Shown: positions 39,035 through 50,104, counted from the whole stretch's first letter. The stretch is 63,953 nucleotides of DNA, filler included, from Acidimicrobiia bacterium (GCA_046759765.1; 8 parts of 8 records of this genome joined end to end with filler, not necessarily neighbours in it), one strand, 5' to 3'. Made by a program: numbers and translations. Notes: generated by a model from the sequence alone, not told the origin.

Positions 39035-42000
39035 GTGGAGTTCCGGCTGCTCGGACCCTTAGAGGTGACCCACGAAGGGGCTCCAGTGCCCATCGACGGC
39101 CGAGATCGCCGCTTGGTGTTGGCGCTCCTTCTGGCCCATGCCAACGAGACCGTCGCCGCGGATGCCCTCGTAGCCCATCTAGCGCCGGATCCCTCGCCGG
39201 AAGTGCGCCAGGTCCTACAAGGTGAGATAGCCGCGTTGCAGGAGGCGCTCAACGTCGAGGCTGAGCTGCTCAATCCGAAGGCACCGGGCTACCGGCTCGA
39301 TGTGACTCCACGCCAGGTAGATGCGCTCCTTTTTCAGGATCTGGTCAACCGAGCTGAGGAAGCTTTGGCCGATGACCCGGCTGAGGCCAGGGAGGTGCTG
39401 GGAGAGGGTCTGGGCCTGTGGCGCGGCGTTCCCTTCGCCGACCTGGCCGGTGAGCCTGGGCTGCGACCTTTCGTAACGCAGCTCGAGGGGCGCCGGCGGC
39501 GTGCCGTCGAACGGCGTATCGACGCAGAGCTGGCCCTCGGCAACCACGAAGAGTTGGTCCCCGAGCTGGAGGCTCTGACCCGAGAGCATCCACTCGAAGA
39601 GGAGTTCTGGAGCCAGTTGATGCTGGCCCTCTATCGGTCGGGCCGGGCCGCCGACGCACTGACCACCTACGACAAGGCAGAGCGAGTCTTGTCAGAAGAG
39701 CTCGGAACCGAGCCATCCGAGAAGCTGCAAAGCCTCCGGGGACGAATCGCCGACCGAGACGAGACCCTCGACATCTCCCGTGAGGTCGTTGTCGAAGAGG
39801 TCACCTTGCTATTCACGGACCTGGAGGGCAGCGCCTCCCTCTGGGAGAAACATCCCGACGAGATGGGCGAGGCGATCGCTCGACACGACCGGCTCATATC
39901 GGCCGTTGTAGCCGATTACGGGGGCAAAGTATTCAAGGGGACGGGCGACGGTGTCTTGGCCGTGATGCCCAGCACCTCCTTAGCCGTTCAGGCGGCGATC
40001 GTCTCCCAGCAAGAACTATTGGCAGAAGAGTGGGGCACCGTCGGCCAGCTCAAGGTAAGGATGGCCATCCACGACGGTGACGCCGAACACCGCGGCGACG
40101 ACTACTTCGGGCCGACTCTCAACCGCGCAGCCCGGCTGATGGCCTGCGGTCACGGCGGACAAGTGCTGCTGTCCTCAGCGGCCAAGAGCCGGCTCGACGA
40201 GACAGACGGATTCGAGCTTCTCGAGCTGGGCGAGCACCGGCTGCGCTCTCTCGGGGAGCCGGAGGTCATCTTCCAGCTGCTAGCCGAGGGCTTGCCCTCA
40301 GAGTTCCCACCTTTGCAAGTGGATAGTGCTCCGGTCCACCTCCAAGCGGCCGGATTCGCGCGCACAGTCCGCGGCTACGAGCTGCGGGAACAGATCGGAG
40401 AGGGCGACTTCGGGCTCGTCTACCGGGCCTATCAGGCTTCGGTCGGAAGAGAGGTGGCGCTAAAGGCGATTCGGCCCGAGTACGCCAACGACCCGGATTT
40501 CGTCCGCAGCTTCGAGAATGAGGGTCGGCTGGTTGCTCAGCTCGAGCATCCCCACATTGTCTCTCTATACGACTTCTGGAGAGAGCCCGACAACGCCTAT
40601 CTAGTAATGCGGTGGATGCGGGGCGGCAGCCTGCGGGACTCGCTTCGTCAAGGTCCGTGGCGGCTCGAGACTGCGCTTCCTCTAATCGAGCAGATCGGAT
40701 CTGCACTCGGTTATGCCCACCGTCACGGTGTGCTGCATCGCGACATCAAGCCCACCAACGTTTTGCTCGACCAGGACGGCAACGGCTATGTCTCCGACTT
40801 CGGACTAGCGACAAGGCTGCGGGACCCGCAGGACGCATCGCAGGTATGGACCAGCTCACCCGCCTACCTCCCACCCGAAGCCGAGCGAGGTGAGGCTCCG
40901 TCGGCCAGGTCGGACATCTACAGCTTCGGCTTGCTCGTGGGGGAGCTGCTTACAGGTGAACCACCCTCCTCAGAGCGCACCGATCTTTTGGTGCCGCTTC
41001 CAGAAGCCCTCTGGGCCGCGATCTCGAAAGCGACCGCCTTCAGGCCGGAGGAGCGATTCGAGACAGTGGACATGTTTGTTGCAGCTGTCCGCGAGGCAGT
41101 CGAGCAACCGGTCGAGCGCCCGAGACCCGCCGCGCCTTTTGCCGAAGTCCGCAACCCCTACAAGGGCCTCCGGCCTTTCTTCGAGGCTGACGCGGAGGAC
41201 TTCTTCGGCCGGGAAGCCTTAGTCGCACAGCTACTCGACAAGATCGGCAGCTCCCGGCTTATCGGCGTGGTTGGCGCCAGCGGATCCGGCAAGTCGTCGG
41301 TGGTTCGGGCGGGACTCGTGCCAGCTCTCCGCAAGGGCCGCTTCGATGGGTCGGACTCGTGGTTCATCGCCGATTGCTTTCCAGGTGCTTACCCGTTTGA
41401 GGAGCTCGAAGCCGCGATGCTGAGAGTGGCGGTCCGAGACCCGACTGCCATCGATCAACTCAGTGCAGATCCGCGTGGTCTGCTTCGCGTCTCCAAGCAG
41501 ATCCTTCCCGACGACGGCTCGGAGCTCCTCCTTCTGATCGATCAGTTCGAGGAGCTTTTCACCCTGGTCGATGACGAGGACGTCCGGCAGAGGTTCTTGG
41601 AGTCTCTGGCGACCGCCGTGACCGATCCCCGGAGCCGAGTGCGGGTCATCGTCACCCTGCGAGCCGACTTCTTCGATCGGCCGCTCCAGTACTCGCCGTT
41701 CGGGGAGCTCTTGAGGGACGGACTCGTTCCCATTACTCCCCTCAATGAGGCCGAGTTAACGGAGGCTGTCTCGGGTCCTGCGCGCGGGGTCGGACTGGAA
41801 GTAGAGCCCACCTTGCTTTCACAGGTGGTGGCGGATGTCCGAAAGCAGCCCGGTGTGCTCCCGCTCCTCCAGTACTCCCTAACTGAGGTCTTCGACCGGC
41901 GGGACGATGGGCGCCTCACTCTGGGGGCGTACGAGGCCTCGGGCGGCGTCCTCGGAGCTCTGGGCAGGCGCGCGGAGGAGATCTACGCCACGCTCGATTC

Positions 42001-42711
42001 CACGGGGCAGGAAGCCTGCCAACAACTATTCCTCCGTCTCGTGACCGTGGGCCAGGCAGACGACACCCGAAGACGGATCACCCGCGCCGAGTTGCGTGAC
42101 CTGGACATCGATCAAAGAGCCCTCGACGAGGTAGTGGACCAATTCGGCACCTATCGCCTGCTGGCCTTCGACCGCGATCCCGTATCGCGGGCCCCCACCG
42201 CAGAAGTGGCCCACGAGGCGCTACTCCGGGAGTGGCAGCGGCTCCGAGGCTGGATCGAGTCGCGCCGCGAGGACCTGCTCCAGCACCGGCGGCTGGCGTC
42301 AGCTACGCGGGACTGGCTGGAGGGAGATCGGGAGCCGAGCTACTTGCTCAGAGGAGGGCGCCTGGAGCAGATGGAAGAGTGGGCGGCCGAAACCGATCTC
42401 TCCTTGACTACCAGTGAGCGCAGTTTTCTGGAGGAGAGTCATCAGGCGGAGGAGGGCCGGGCTCGGAGAAGGCGCCGACGGCGCGGCGCCGTGGTTGGTG
42501 GTCTGGCGGTTGCAGCCGCAGTCAGTCTGGTCCTGGCGGTGTTCGCCTTCGCGCAGCGAGGGGAAGCGGAGGCCCAGGCCCGGGAGGCCGCCTCCAGGGA
42601 GCTGGCGGCCGCATCGGTGGGCAATCTCGCCATCGATCCGGAGCTCGCCTTGCTCCTCGCCCTCGAAGCGATTGAGACAACGGTGGATCAGGACGGGTTC
42701 ATAGTGCGTGA
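39035..42711 (+). CDS. wHTH-BTAD + class III cyclase + Ser/Thr kinase + nSTAND NTPase membrane protein, 3' truncated
   Basis: MEFRLLGPLEV/LMLALYRSGR; FTDLEGS, GDG, NRAARL; GEGDFG, HRDIKPTN, DFG; GASGSGKS, IDQFEELF, AHEALLREW; TM helix. Confidence 0.92.
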
Positions 42712-42811
42712 NNNNNNNNNNNNNNNNNNNNNNNNNNNNNNNNNNNNNNNNNNNNTTAATTAATTAANNNNNNNNNNNNNNNNNNNNNNNNNNNNNNNNN
42801 NNNNNNNNNNN
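42712..42811. other. Artificial contig linker
   Basis: N run + TTAATTAATTAA + N run. Confidence 0.99.
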
Positions 42812-43326
42812 GTCGAAGTCAGCCAAATCATCATAGGGGATCCAGCCGCATCCACCGGGGACCCGGCGGGTAGTGCCTTGATCCCCCGATGTCCCGCCGC
42901 GTCGAGGAGTACGCCCCGCGTGAAGAAGGGGGGCAGCTTCTCGGCATCGCCCACTGAGGGACCCCAATCGGTTAGATGCTCCGCGATGTTGCCCCCGCCA
43001 TACCAGTGACTATCCGGTCCCACCGTCATGTGCGCGAGCGCGTCGACGTGCGTGCCCGAGTGGGAGGTTCCGCTTACCACCTCGGCCATGTATCCCAGCC
43101 CAGCTTCGTTGGGCGGTCCCCACGGTTGGGCCCCCTCGGCTCGGATGCCGCCCGGAGTTCGGTAGGCAGTTACCTGGAAGGGTGGGTGGCCCGGGAACAG
43201 GGGCATGCCGGGGAACCTGGTCGCAGCGAGCGAGAACCAGCGTCCCTCCTGCACGAGCCCGGCAGCCTCGACCACTTTCTGGTGGGGCATGTCGGCTATC
43301 GGTCCGACTTCCTTGTAAGTGCTCAT
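42812..43326 (-). CDS. Cyclase family metal-dependent hydrolase (kynurenine formamidase/isatin hydrolase-like), 3' truncated
   Basis: HSGTHVDALAH and TRGVLLD motifs. Confidence 0.88.
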
Positions 43327-45563
43327 GATCTCTCCTGTAGTGCTTCCCAGACCCGCTCGGGGGTCAGTGGAAGATCCCGAATGACGGCGCCCGTCGCAGC
43401 CCGGATCGCAGCTCCTACCGCGGGGGCGGCGGGGAGCACCGCTCCCTCGCTGATTCCCTTGCTGCCGTACGGTCCAGGGCCGTCGGCGTTCTCCACGCTG
43501 CCGCTGACGAGTTGGAGCGGGAGGTCCTTGCTCGTTGGGATCCGGTAGTCGATCGCGCCCAGGTTCTGGATTCGGCCCGATTCGTCCAGGATCAGGTGCT
43601 CCATGAGTGTGTGGCCGAGGCCCATGATTGCCGCGCCCTCGTCCTGACCGGCGACCTGGGTGGGATTCAAGGACTGGCCAACATCGCTCACCGTGGCGTA
43701 ACGATGGAGGATCATCTCGCCGGTCTCGGTGTCGACCTCGACCTCGGCGGCTGAGCAGTTGAGTTCGAAGAAGGCGGCCGTGCCCCCGAGAGGATGGTAC
43801 GGATCGCCTTCCTTGCGCATCTCCCCGTTGCCGACTAGCTCACCGCCAAGTGGGCCGAGACCCTCTTGCAGGACTTCCACCACAGGCAACTTCCGATCGG
43901 GCAAACCAACGATGCCACGTTCGACCACTATCTCCGCCTCGTCAACCTCGTAGAGACGGGCCGCCATTGCGCGCAGCTGGGCGTGGATGTCCTGACAGGC
44001 CCGCAGGATGGCAGTCCCCATGAGGACCGACGATCGACTGGCGGAGGTCTGCTGATCGTAGGGAACTACCGCTGTATCACCCATGATCACGGAGATCCGC
44101 TCGAGCGGTACTCCGAGCTCTGTAGACGCGATCTGGGCGAAGATGGTGCGGGCGCCCTGGCCCATGTCGGACGTGCCCGAGTAGACGAGGGCGCTGCCGT
44201 CACCGAGTAGCCGGACCGTCGAGTAGGAAAGGCCGGCGGTGGGCCCGGACTTCAGGCCAATCGCGATGCCGCGGCCTCGTCCCGGGGGTAACGGTTCACT
44301 CCACTCGACCAGCTCGGCGGCCTTCCTGATGCTCTCCGCCCAGTCACCATCAGCCGGTGTATCGGAGGGGATAAACGCCTCCCCCGGACCGGCAAGGTTG
44401 AGTAAACGGATGTCCAGAGGGTCGATGCCCAAAGAGAGCGCTCCCTCGTCGAGGTTGGATTCCCGCGCCCACGTCAACTGCGGGACCCCGAACCCGCGAA
44501 ATGCGGTGCTCGGAGTCGTATGCGACAGAATCGCCCGGCCGAGGATCCTGGCCGCCGACACTCGATAGGGGCCACAGGCGATGTAACTGGACTTGCTTGT
44601 AACGCGATCGGCGATGTCCACGTAGGCCCCGATCAGAAAGTTCGCCTCTACGTCCTGGAACGCCAAGGTGCCGTCGGATAGAAACCCGGTCCGGAGGCGA
44701 ACCTCTGTCGATGCCCGCCGCACGGTCTGGAAGGTTTCCTCCAACGTCAGGATCAGCCGGACAGGGCGACCGGTTTCCATGGCCATGAAGGCCATCAGCG
44801 GCTCTAACTTTGGGTTCTGCTTTCCTCCGAAGGCGCCGCCCGGATCAGGTGCCAGGACGCGTACCTTCGCCAGTGGCAATCCGAGAATCTTTGCCATCAT
44901 CTTCTGGAGCAGATACGGATGCTGGACGCTGCTCCAAACGACTATCCCGTCCCCATCCGGTGCGGCCATGAAGCCGTGGGGCTCGATCGCGAAGTGGGTG
45001 ACCATCGGAAATGCATACGTGTTCTCGACTACGAGGTCCGCCAGCACGTCATCGATGTCACCCCAACCGAACTCGTGCTCTCGTAGGATGTTCGTGCCCG
45101 CCAACGGGTCTCCGGGGCGCAACTCCGGATCCTGGACAAGGGGTGACTCGGGAGCAAGCGCGGCAGACACGCTGAAGACGCCTGGGAGTACTTCGTGCTC
45201 GACTCGCACCAGGCGGGCGGCAGCCTCGGCCGCATCCTTCGTTTCAGCAGCCACGGCCGCTACGGGCTCGCCGTGGTACTTCGTCTCGCCTACCGCCAGC
45301 ACGGGCCGGTCTTCGAACTGCGGACCGAAGCGCGACACGGGCTGAGGCATATTCTCCGCAGTCATGATGAAGTGCACGCCGGGGACCTTGGCGGCGTCGG
45401 TGGTGTCGATGGACAGAAGGCGAGCGCGGGCGCTGTCAAGGGTGACGAGCTTTACGTGGAGCACGTCCGCCAGGCGGATGTCGGCCAAGTACTCCTGCTG
45501 GCCGGTGACCCGTCCGTGCCCTCCGACACGCGGTGGAGAGGTTCCCACGCTTTGGCCGTTCAT
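43323..45563 (-). CDS. Xanthine dehydrogenase family molybdopterin-binding subunit
   Basis: GGAFGGK, AFRGFG, DMGQG, SASRS and SKGISE motifs. Confidence 0.95.
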   Translation of the reverse strand: MNGQSVGTSPPRVGGHGRVTGQQEYLADIRLADVLHVKLVTLDSARARLLSIDTTDAAKVPGVHFIMTAENMPQPVSRFGPQFEDRPVLAVGETKYHGEPVAAVAAETKDAAEAAARLVRVEHEVLPGVFSVSAALAPESPLVQDPELRPGDPLAGTNILREHEFGWGDIDDVLADLVVENTYAFPMVTHFAIEPHGFMAAPDGDGIVVWSSVQHPYLLQKMMAKILGLPLAKVRVLAPDPGGAFGGKQNPKLEPLMAFMAMETGRPVRLILTLEETFQTVRRASTEVRLRTGFLSDGTLAFQDVEANFLIGAYVDIADRVTSKSSYIACGPYRVSAARILGRAILSHTTPSTAFRGFGVPQLTWARESNLDEGALSLGIDPLDIRLLNLAGPGEAFIPSDTPADGDWAESIRKAAELVEWSEPLPPGRGRGIAIGLKSGPTAGLSYSTVRLLGDGSALVYSGTSDMGQGARTIFAQIASTELGVPLERISVIMGDTAVVPYDQQTSASRSSVLMGTAILRACQDIHAQLRAMAARLYEVDEAEIVVERGIVGLPDRKLPVVEVLQEGLGPLGGELVGNGEMRKEGDPYHPLGGTAAFFELNCSAAEVEVDTETGEMILHRYATVSDVGQSLNPTQVAGQDEGAAIMGLGHTLMEHLILDESGRIQNLGAIDYRIPTSKDLPLQLVSGSVENADGPGPYGSKGISEGAVLPAAPAVGAAIRAATGAVIRDLPLTPERVWEALQERS

Positions 45564-46045
45564 CGGTCGACCGCTTCTGCGGCGGCAGCGAGGACCGCCT
45601 CAGTGATCTGCTGGTACCCCCCACAGCGGCAGAGGTTGCCGACCAGCCCCTCGTGAACATCATCAACACTCGGGAAGGGGTTTCGGGCAATTAGCGCGAC
45701 CGCCGACATGAGCTGTCCGGGAATACAGAAGCCGCATTGAGCCGCTCCCTTGTCGAGGAACGCCTTCTGCAGGGGGCTGAGCCGACCCTCGGGTGCCAGT
45801 CCCTCCACCGTCATGATCTCTTGGCCTTCTGCTTCGAGCGCCAGCATGAGGCACGAGTTCACCGGCCGTCCATCAACAAGGATCGTGCAGGCTCCGCATT
45901 CCCCCTCTGCGCAACATTCCTTGGTACCGGTCAGTGAAAGGCCGTCGCGCAAGACGTCGAGCAGCGTATGGTGCGTCGCCACCTCGATGCTGTGAGCCGT
46001 ACCGTTCACAATGAAGGTCAGCGACATGGAGTCCGCGAGCGTCAT
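45560..46045 (-). CDS. [2Fe-2S] subunit (CoxS/CutS family)
   Basis: CAEGECGAC, QCGFC and NLCRCGGY motifs. Confidence 0.96.
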   Translation of the reverse strand: MTLADSMSLTFIVNGTAHSIEVATHHTLLDVLRDGLSLTGTKECCAEGECGACTILVDGRPVNSCLMLALEAEGQEIMTVEGLAPEGRLSPLQKAFLDKGAAQCGFCIPGQLMSAVALIARNPFPSVDDVHEGLVGNLCRCGGYQQITEAVLAAAAEAVDR

Positions 46046-46896
46046 ACCGCCGCCAATCGGGCGCGGGCCACCTCGAGTGCCCGGCGGCTGAGGACGTCCA
46101 GCATGGCTTGCCGGTATTCGGCACTCGCTCGGACGTCCGAGATAGGGCTGGCCTGACCGGTCAACTCTCGTAGAACGGCCTCCCGTTCCTCCTCCGAGCC
46201 TCCGTCAGCCAGGACTCCGGTCCGGTCCTGCGCGAGAAATGGGCGGGGCCCGACGGCCCCGAAGGCGAACGTGGTGACCCCATTGGAGTCCACCAAACAA
46301 CTCAGATTGATCGTGGCCAGATCGACACCACGCCGCCGCGTCATGCGGCCGAATGCGGTACCGACCGTGTGCGAGGGGATTGGTAGGTGGATTGCCGCGA
46401 CGATGTCAACGGGTTCGAGCACCGTCTCTCCGGGGCCGAGAAAGAAGTCATCTAGCGGGACAAGCCTTGTTTCGGAGGGGCTCACAATCTCGACCTGGGC
46501 CATGTGGATGAGGAGTACCGGTGCCGTGTCGGCCGCGGGTGACGCGTTGCAGATGTTGCCGGCCAGGGTTGCTCGATTGCGAATGGCAACCGAACCCACC
46601 GTTGTCGCCGCCTCCACCAGGGCAGGAAAGTGGCGCCGCACGAGCTCATGTTCGATCACATCCGTCATGACGGTGTTGGCAGTGATGCGCAGCGCTCCTC
46701 CGACCTCTTCGACTCCGGGAGCGAGCTCGGCCGCCCGCTTGAGGTCGACCACCATGTCCGGTTCCAGGCTGCCCGCTCGAAGAGCAACGAGTAGGTCCGT
46801 ACCCCCGGCGAGAAGTTGGGCCCTCGGGCCATATTCGGCTAGGAGGGAATGGGCGTGGCCAATCGTCTCAGGCCGCGCATACCGGAATGATTTCAA
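46042..46896 (-). CDS. FAD-binding subunit (CoxM/CutM family)
   Basis: AGGTDL, IRNRATLAGN, ASPAAD and PISDVRASAEYR motifs. Confidence 0.95.
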   Translation of the reverse strand: MKSFRYARPETIGHAHSLLAEYGPRAQLLAGGTDLLVALRAGSLEPDMVVDLKRAAELAPGVEEVGGALRITANTVMTDVIEHELVRRHFPALVEAATTVGSVAIRNRATLAGNICNASPAADTAPVLLIHMAQVEIVSPSETRLVPLDDFFLGPGETVLEPVDIVAAIHLPIPSHTVGTAFGRMTRRRGVDLATINLSCLVDSNGVTTFAFGAVGPRPFLAQDRTGVLADGGSEEEREAVLRELTGQASPISDVRASAEYRQAMLDVLSRRALEVARARLAAV

Positions 46897-47081
46897 GAGG
46901 CCACTCCCGCGCCGCGAGACTCGGCGGCAACGGTACGTTTGCCGCGAGACTTCATGCGATCCCGGAAAAGCTCAGCACCGGTAGCGAAACTTACCGAAGC
47001 CATCAGCCACTATGAAATAAAGCCAACCAGGCTCACCGAGCTTCAGCCCTACCCTTGGTGGAGGACAGACAGGATGAGGCC

Positions 47082-47525
47082 ATGAGGACCCGGTCCAGGT
47101 TGGGCACGCTTGGGGCTGTCGTCGGACTGATGGTCGTCTCGTGCGGCGGGGCCGGTTCAGCTGACTTGAGCCTGGCCTCGAGTTCTCTGGGTGAGTTCCT
47201 GGTCGACGGGGACGGCAGGACTCTCTATGTGTTTCTGAATGACGACCAGACCGGCGAGAGTGTCTGCATCGACGAGTGTGAGGACACCTGGCCGCCGCTC
47301 ACCGAAGAGGTGACGGCTGGAACCGGAATCAACGGATCTCTTCTCGGGGCGGGGGTTCGCACCGACGGGATCGGCCAAGTGACTTACAACGGCTGGCCTC
47401 TGTATAGGTTCTCGGGCGACTCGGAAGCCGGCACGACCAACGGCCAGGGGATCGGGCAAGTGTGGTACGTAGTGGATTCCGCCGGTAACCCGATAGGAGC
47501 GACTGGCTATCAGCCCCGCGGTTGA
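47082..47525 (+). CDS. Secreted-repeat lipoprotein (Lipoprotein_15, Y-x4-D)
   Basis: Lipobox VVSC; LVDGDGRTLY..C...C...WPP and QVTYNGWPLY. Confidence 0.88.
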   Translation: MRTRSRLGTLGAVVGLMVVSCGGAGSADLSLASSSLGEFLVDGDGRTLYVFLNDDQTGESVCIDECEDTWPPLTEEVTAGTGINGSLLGAGVRTDGIGQVTYNGWPLYRFSGDSEAGTTNGQGIGQVWYVVDSAGNPIGATGYQPRG

Positions 47526-47579
47526 TGGGCCGGGCGACGAAATCAGCGGCCTCCTGTGTCGAGGCGCGCTGTGTTTGCC

Positions 47580-48680
47580 CTAAGAGAAGGTAGGGCGACG
47601 CTCGTCCGACCAAGGGTCGACCAGGTTCTTGATCCGACTGCTTCGTCCTTCGAGCAGAGGTATCAAGGCCCCGTCGACCACCTCTTCTAGAGGAAGCGCC
47701 ACAGGAGCAACGTCTTTCCACTTCACTCCGCGCGAGGAAATCAGCCGGGCCGCTTCGGGTATATCCGTGCCGAAGGTGTGCGCGTTGGTGCCGACCAGCT
47801 CGATCTCGCTGAGAGCCAGGTTGCGTGCATCAAGATCAAAGGGCTGTTCTTGTAGGCCGACCACGACCACCGTGCCACCGGGCCGGACTAGCTGAACTGC
47901 ATCAGCGAGCGCTGACGGCGCACCGGACACTTCGTAAATGAGTCGAGGAGCGTTGTCATTCAGACTCTCGCGAAGCGATCGGTCGCCCGAGGCTCGAATG
48001 GTCGCCTCCGCGCCAAGCGCAGAGGCGATCATCAGCCGCTCCCGATCGAGATCCACGGCAGTCACTGTTACTCCTGTCTCGGCGAGGGCATAGACGAGGA
48101 AAGCCCCCACGCCGCCGACTCCGATGACCAGCGCCTCGTCGTCCGGACCCACCCGTCCCCGTCGCATCGAGTGAACCGCAATAGACATCGGTTGAACTAG
48201 GGCCGCGCCGTCATCCGTCAGTCCAAGCTCAGACACGTTCAAGCAGACGGCCGCCGGCACAACGCAGTACTGAGCAAGTCCCCCACTCCTCTGCAGCCCC
48301 ACCGTCGCGTAGCGCTCACACAGATTGGTTCTTCCCGCTTCGCACTGACCGCAAGCCCCGCAGGAGATACCGGCGCCGCTGGTCACGAGGTCGCCCTCTG
48401 AGAAACCTGTTACCTCGGAGCCGATCTGGACAACTCGCCCTCCGAACTCGTGGCCGGGAATCATGGGACCGCGATGGCCCGTAACAGGATGCTGATCGAG
48501 GATCGGGAACATGGTCGGGCCATGCGCGTACTCCGAGGCATCCGTACCACAGACACCTGCCGCATGGACCTCCAGAAGGAGCTCGCCCGGAGCTAACTCA
48601 GGAATGGGTACCTTTTCGACACGGATATCACGTGGGCCGTGATACACCGCGGCGAGCATCATGGTCGGTGGCGTCGACAT
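47580..48680 (-). CDS. Zn-dependent medium-chain dehydrogenase (2,3-butanediol/sorbitol dehydrogenase-like)
   Basis: GVCGTD, GHEFGG, CxxCxxCx7C and GVGGVG motifs. Confidence 0.93.
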   Translation of the reverse strand: MSTPPTMMLAAVYHGPRDIRVEKVPIPELAPGELLLEVHAAGVCGTDASEYAHGPTMFPILDQHPVTGHRGPMIPGHEFGGRVVQIGSEVTGFSEGDLVTSGAGISCGACGQCEAGRTNLCERYATVGLQRSGGLAQYCVVPAAVCLNVSELGLTDDGAALVQPMSIAVHSMRRGRVGPDDEALVIGVGGVGAFLVYALAETGVTVTAVDLDRERLMIASALGAEATIRASGDRSLRESLNDNAPRLIYEVSGAPSALADAVQLVRPGGTVVVVGLQEQPFDLDARNLALSEIELVGTNAHTFGTDIPEAARLISSRGVKWKDVAPVALPLEEVVDGALIPLLEGRSSRIKNLVDPWSDERRPTFS

Positions 48681-48801
48681 CAGGGCACCAGCTTCACTGT
48701 GGTTTCGGCTCGTCGCCGATTCACCATAAACGCGGGAAGGCCCAAGAACTACGGCCTGCCCTCGAACGTACAGTTTCGAGAGCACTTATTGAGAGGATCA
48801 C

Positions 48802-49359
48802 GTGTCAAAGGCATTCACGATCGGTCTAGCGGTATTGGGAACGGTGGCCTTCGCCTGCGGCGCTCCCGATGCAGAGCCGCGGGCTGCTGGCGGAGTCGAC
48901 TCGGACCAGCCGACGGCCACCGAAGCAAGCCCGACAGCCACCGAAGCAAGCCCTGCAGCCACCGAAGCAAGCCCTGCAGCTGTGCCATCGGGTATATCGG
49001 TGGCTGGATCGGAGATCGGAGCGATTGTGGTCGACGGCGATGGTCGAACCCTGTACCTGTTCACCAGCGATACCGACGGGGCGAGTACTTGCTACGGCTC
49101 GTGCGAGGCAACATGGCCGCCGTTCACCGAGGAGCGCCTCGGCCAGCCGGGCTCAGGGATCGACACTGCGCTGCTCGGAACCACCGTCCGCGACGACGGA
49201 CGCGTTCAGGTCACCTACAACGGACATCCTCTATACCAGTACATCGGTGATCAAGCAGCGGGAGACATAAATGGCCATGGAATCGGCGGGCAGTGGTTTG
49301 TGTTCAAGGGGACCGGCGAACCCGTCGACCTGGTGATAATTCCCGGCTACGAGTACTGA
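48802..49359 (+). CDS. Second secreted-repeat lipoprotein (Lipoprotein_15)
   Basis: Lipobox AFAC; VVDGDGRTLY..CYGSC..WPP and QVTYNGHPLY. Confidence 0.88.
   Translation: MSKAFTIGLAVLGTVAFACGAPDAEPRAAGGVDSDQPTATEASPTATEASPAATEASPAAVPSGISVAGSEIGAIVVDGDGRTLYLFTSDTDGASTCYGSCEATWPPFTEERLGQPGSGIDTALLGTTVRDDGRVQVTYNGHPLYQYIGDQAAGDINGHGIGGQWFVFKGTGEPVDLVIIPGYEY
48916..48978 (+). repeat. 21-bp coding tandem repeat x3 (ATEASP[T/A])
   Basis: gccaccgaagcaagcccNNca three times. Confidence 0.92.
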
Positions 49360-49364
49360 CGCTT

Positions 49365-49991
49365 TCAGTCTGTGTGTGCCTCGAACACTGCGGAGTCGTG
49401 GCTGAAGAACGCCCTGTCGGGTCGTAGGGATCGCAGCCGGTCGAGTGATTCACGACCGGTTTCGAGCAGGCTTTCGTCGTGCATGTCCGACGCCGGGATC
49501 TCTCCCGAACTGAACTCGGAAACGTTGTAGCAGCACTGGCCCACGATCAAGGCTCGTCTGTCCGCATCTTCTTCCACCAAGACTGACTGGTGGCCTGGGC
49601 TGTGGCCAGGAGTGGTGATAAGCCACACGCCTTCCGCCACCTGGACGTCGCCAGATACCAACCGTTGCCGAGCCGAGTCGAGGTGTGCCCACTCGGCAAT
49701 GGTGTATTCCCCGTCCAGTGAAGCTTCCATCTCCGCCGCTTGAACCCAGACCGGTACCCGCGCCAGAGCACGATTCTGGCCACAGTGATCGAAGTGGAGA
49801 TGAGTGTTGATCAACCCGGTGATATCTCGCTCATCGACGCCGGCCTCGTTCAGGGCTGTCACGATCGGAACCACCGTGGGCCGATAGAGATCGTTAATGG
49901 CCGGGTGGTCGTCGGCCACTCCAGTATCGACGAGGAGCTTGCCGTCTGGGTGGTGGATCAGAAATCCGTAGATCTCGCAGGTGCCATCCAC
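49365..49991 (-). CDS. MBL-fold metallo-hydrolase (N-acyl homoserine lactonase-like)
   Basis: LVDTG, THLHFDHCG, TPGHSPGHQS and FSHD motifs; frame stays open upstream to ~50063 without a canonical start. Confidence 0.88.
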   Translation of the reverse strand: MDGTCEIYGFLIHHPDGKLLVDTGVADDHPAINDLYRPTVVPIVTALNEAGVDERDITGLINTHLHFDHCGQNRALARVPVWVQAAEMEASLDGEYTIAEWAHLDSARQRLVSGDVQVAEGVWLITTPGHSPGHQSVLVEEDADRRALIVGQCCYNVSEFSSGEIPASDMHDESLLETGRESLDRLRSLRPDRAFFSHDSAVFEAHTD

Positions 49992-50104
49992 CGCGCGTGG
50001 ATGTTGCGCGGGAAGCTCGACCCAGCCGAGGCTCAGCGACTTGATTTCGATCTCAGCGGTGACTCCGGATCCCTCCGTGCACGGCCATACCTAGTCTGCC
50101 GCCG

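Noticed and set aside
42812..42850. Apparent loss of cyclase-family similarity in the last codons
   Set aside because: Contig edge; cannot separate a real junction from assembly noise
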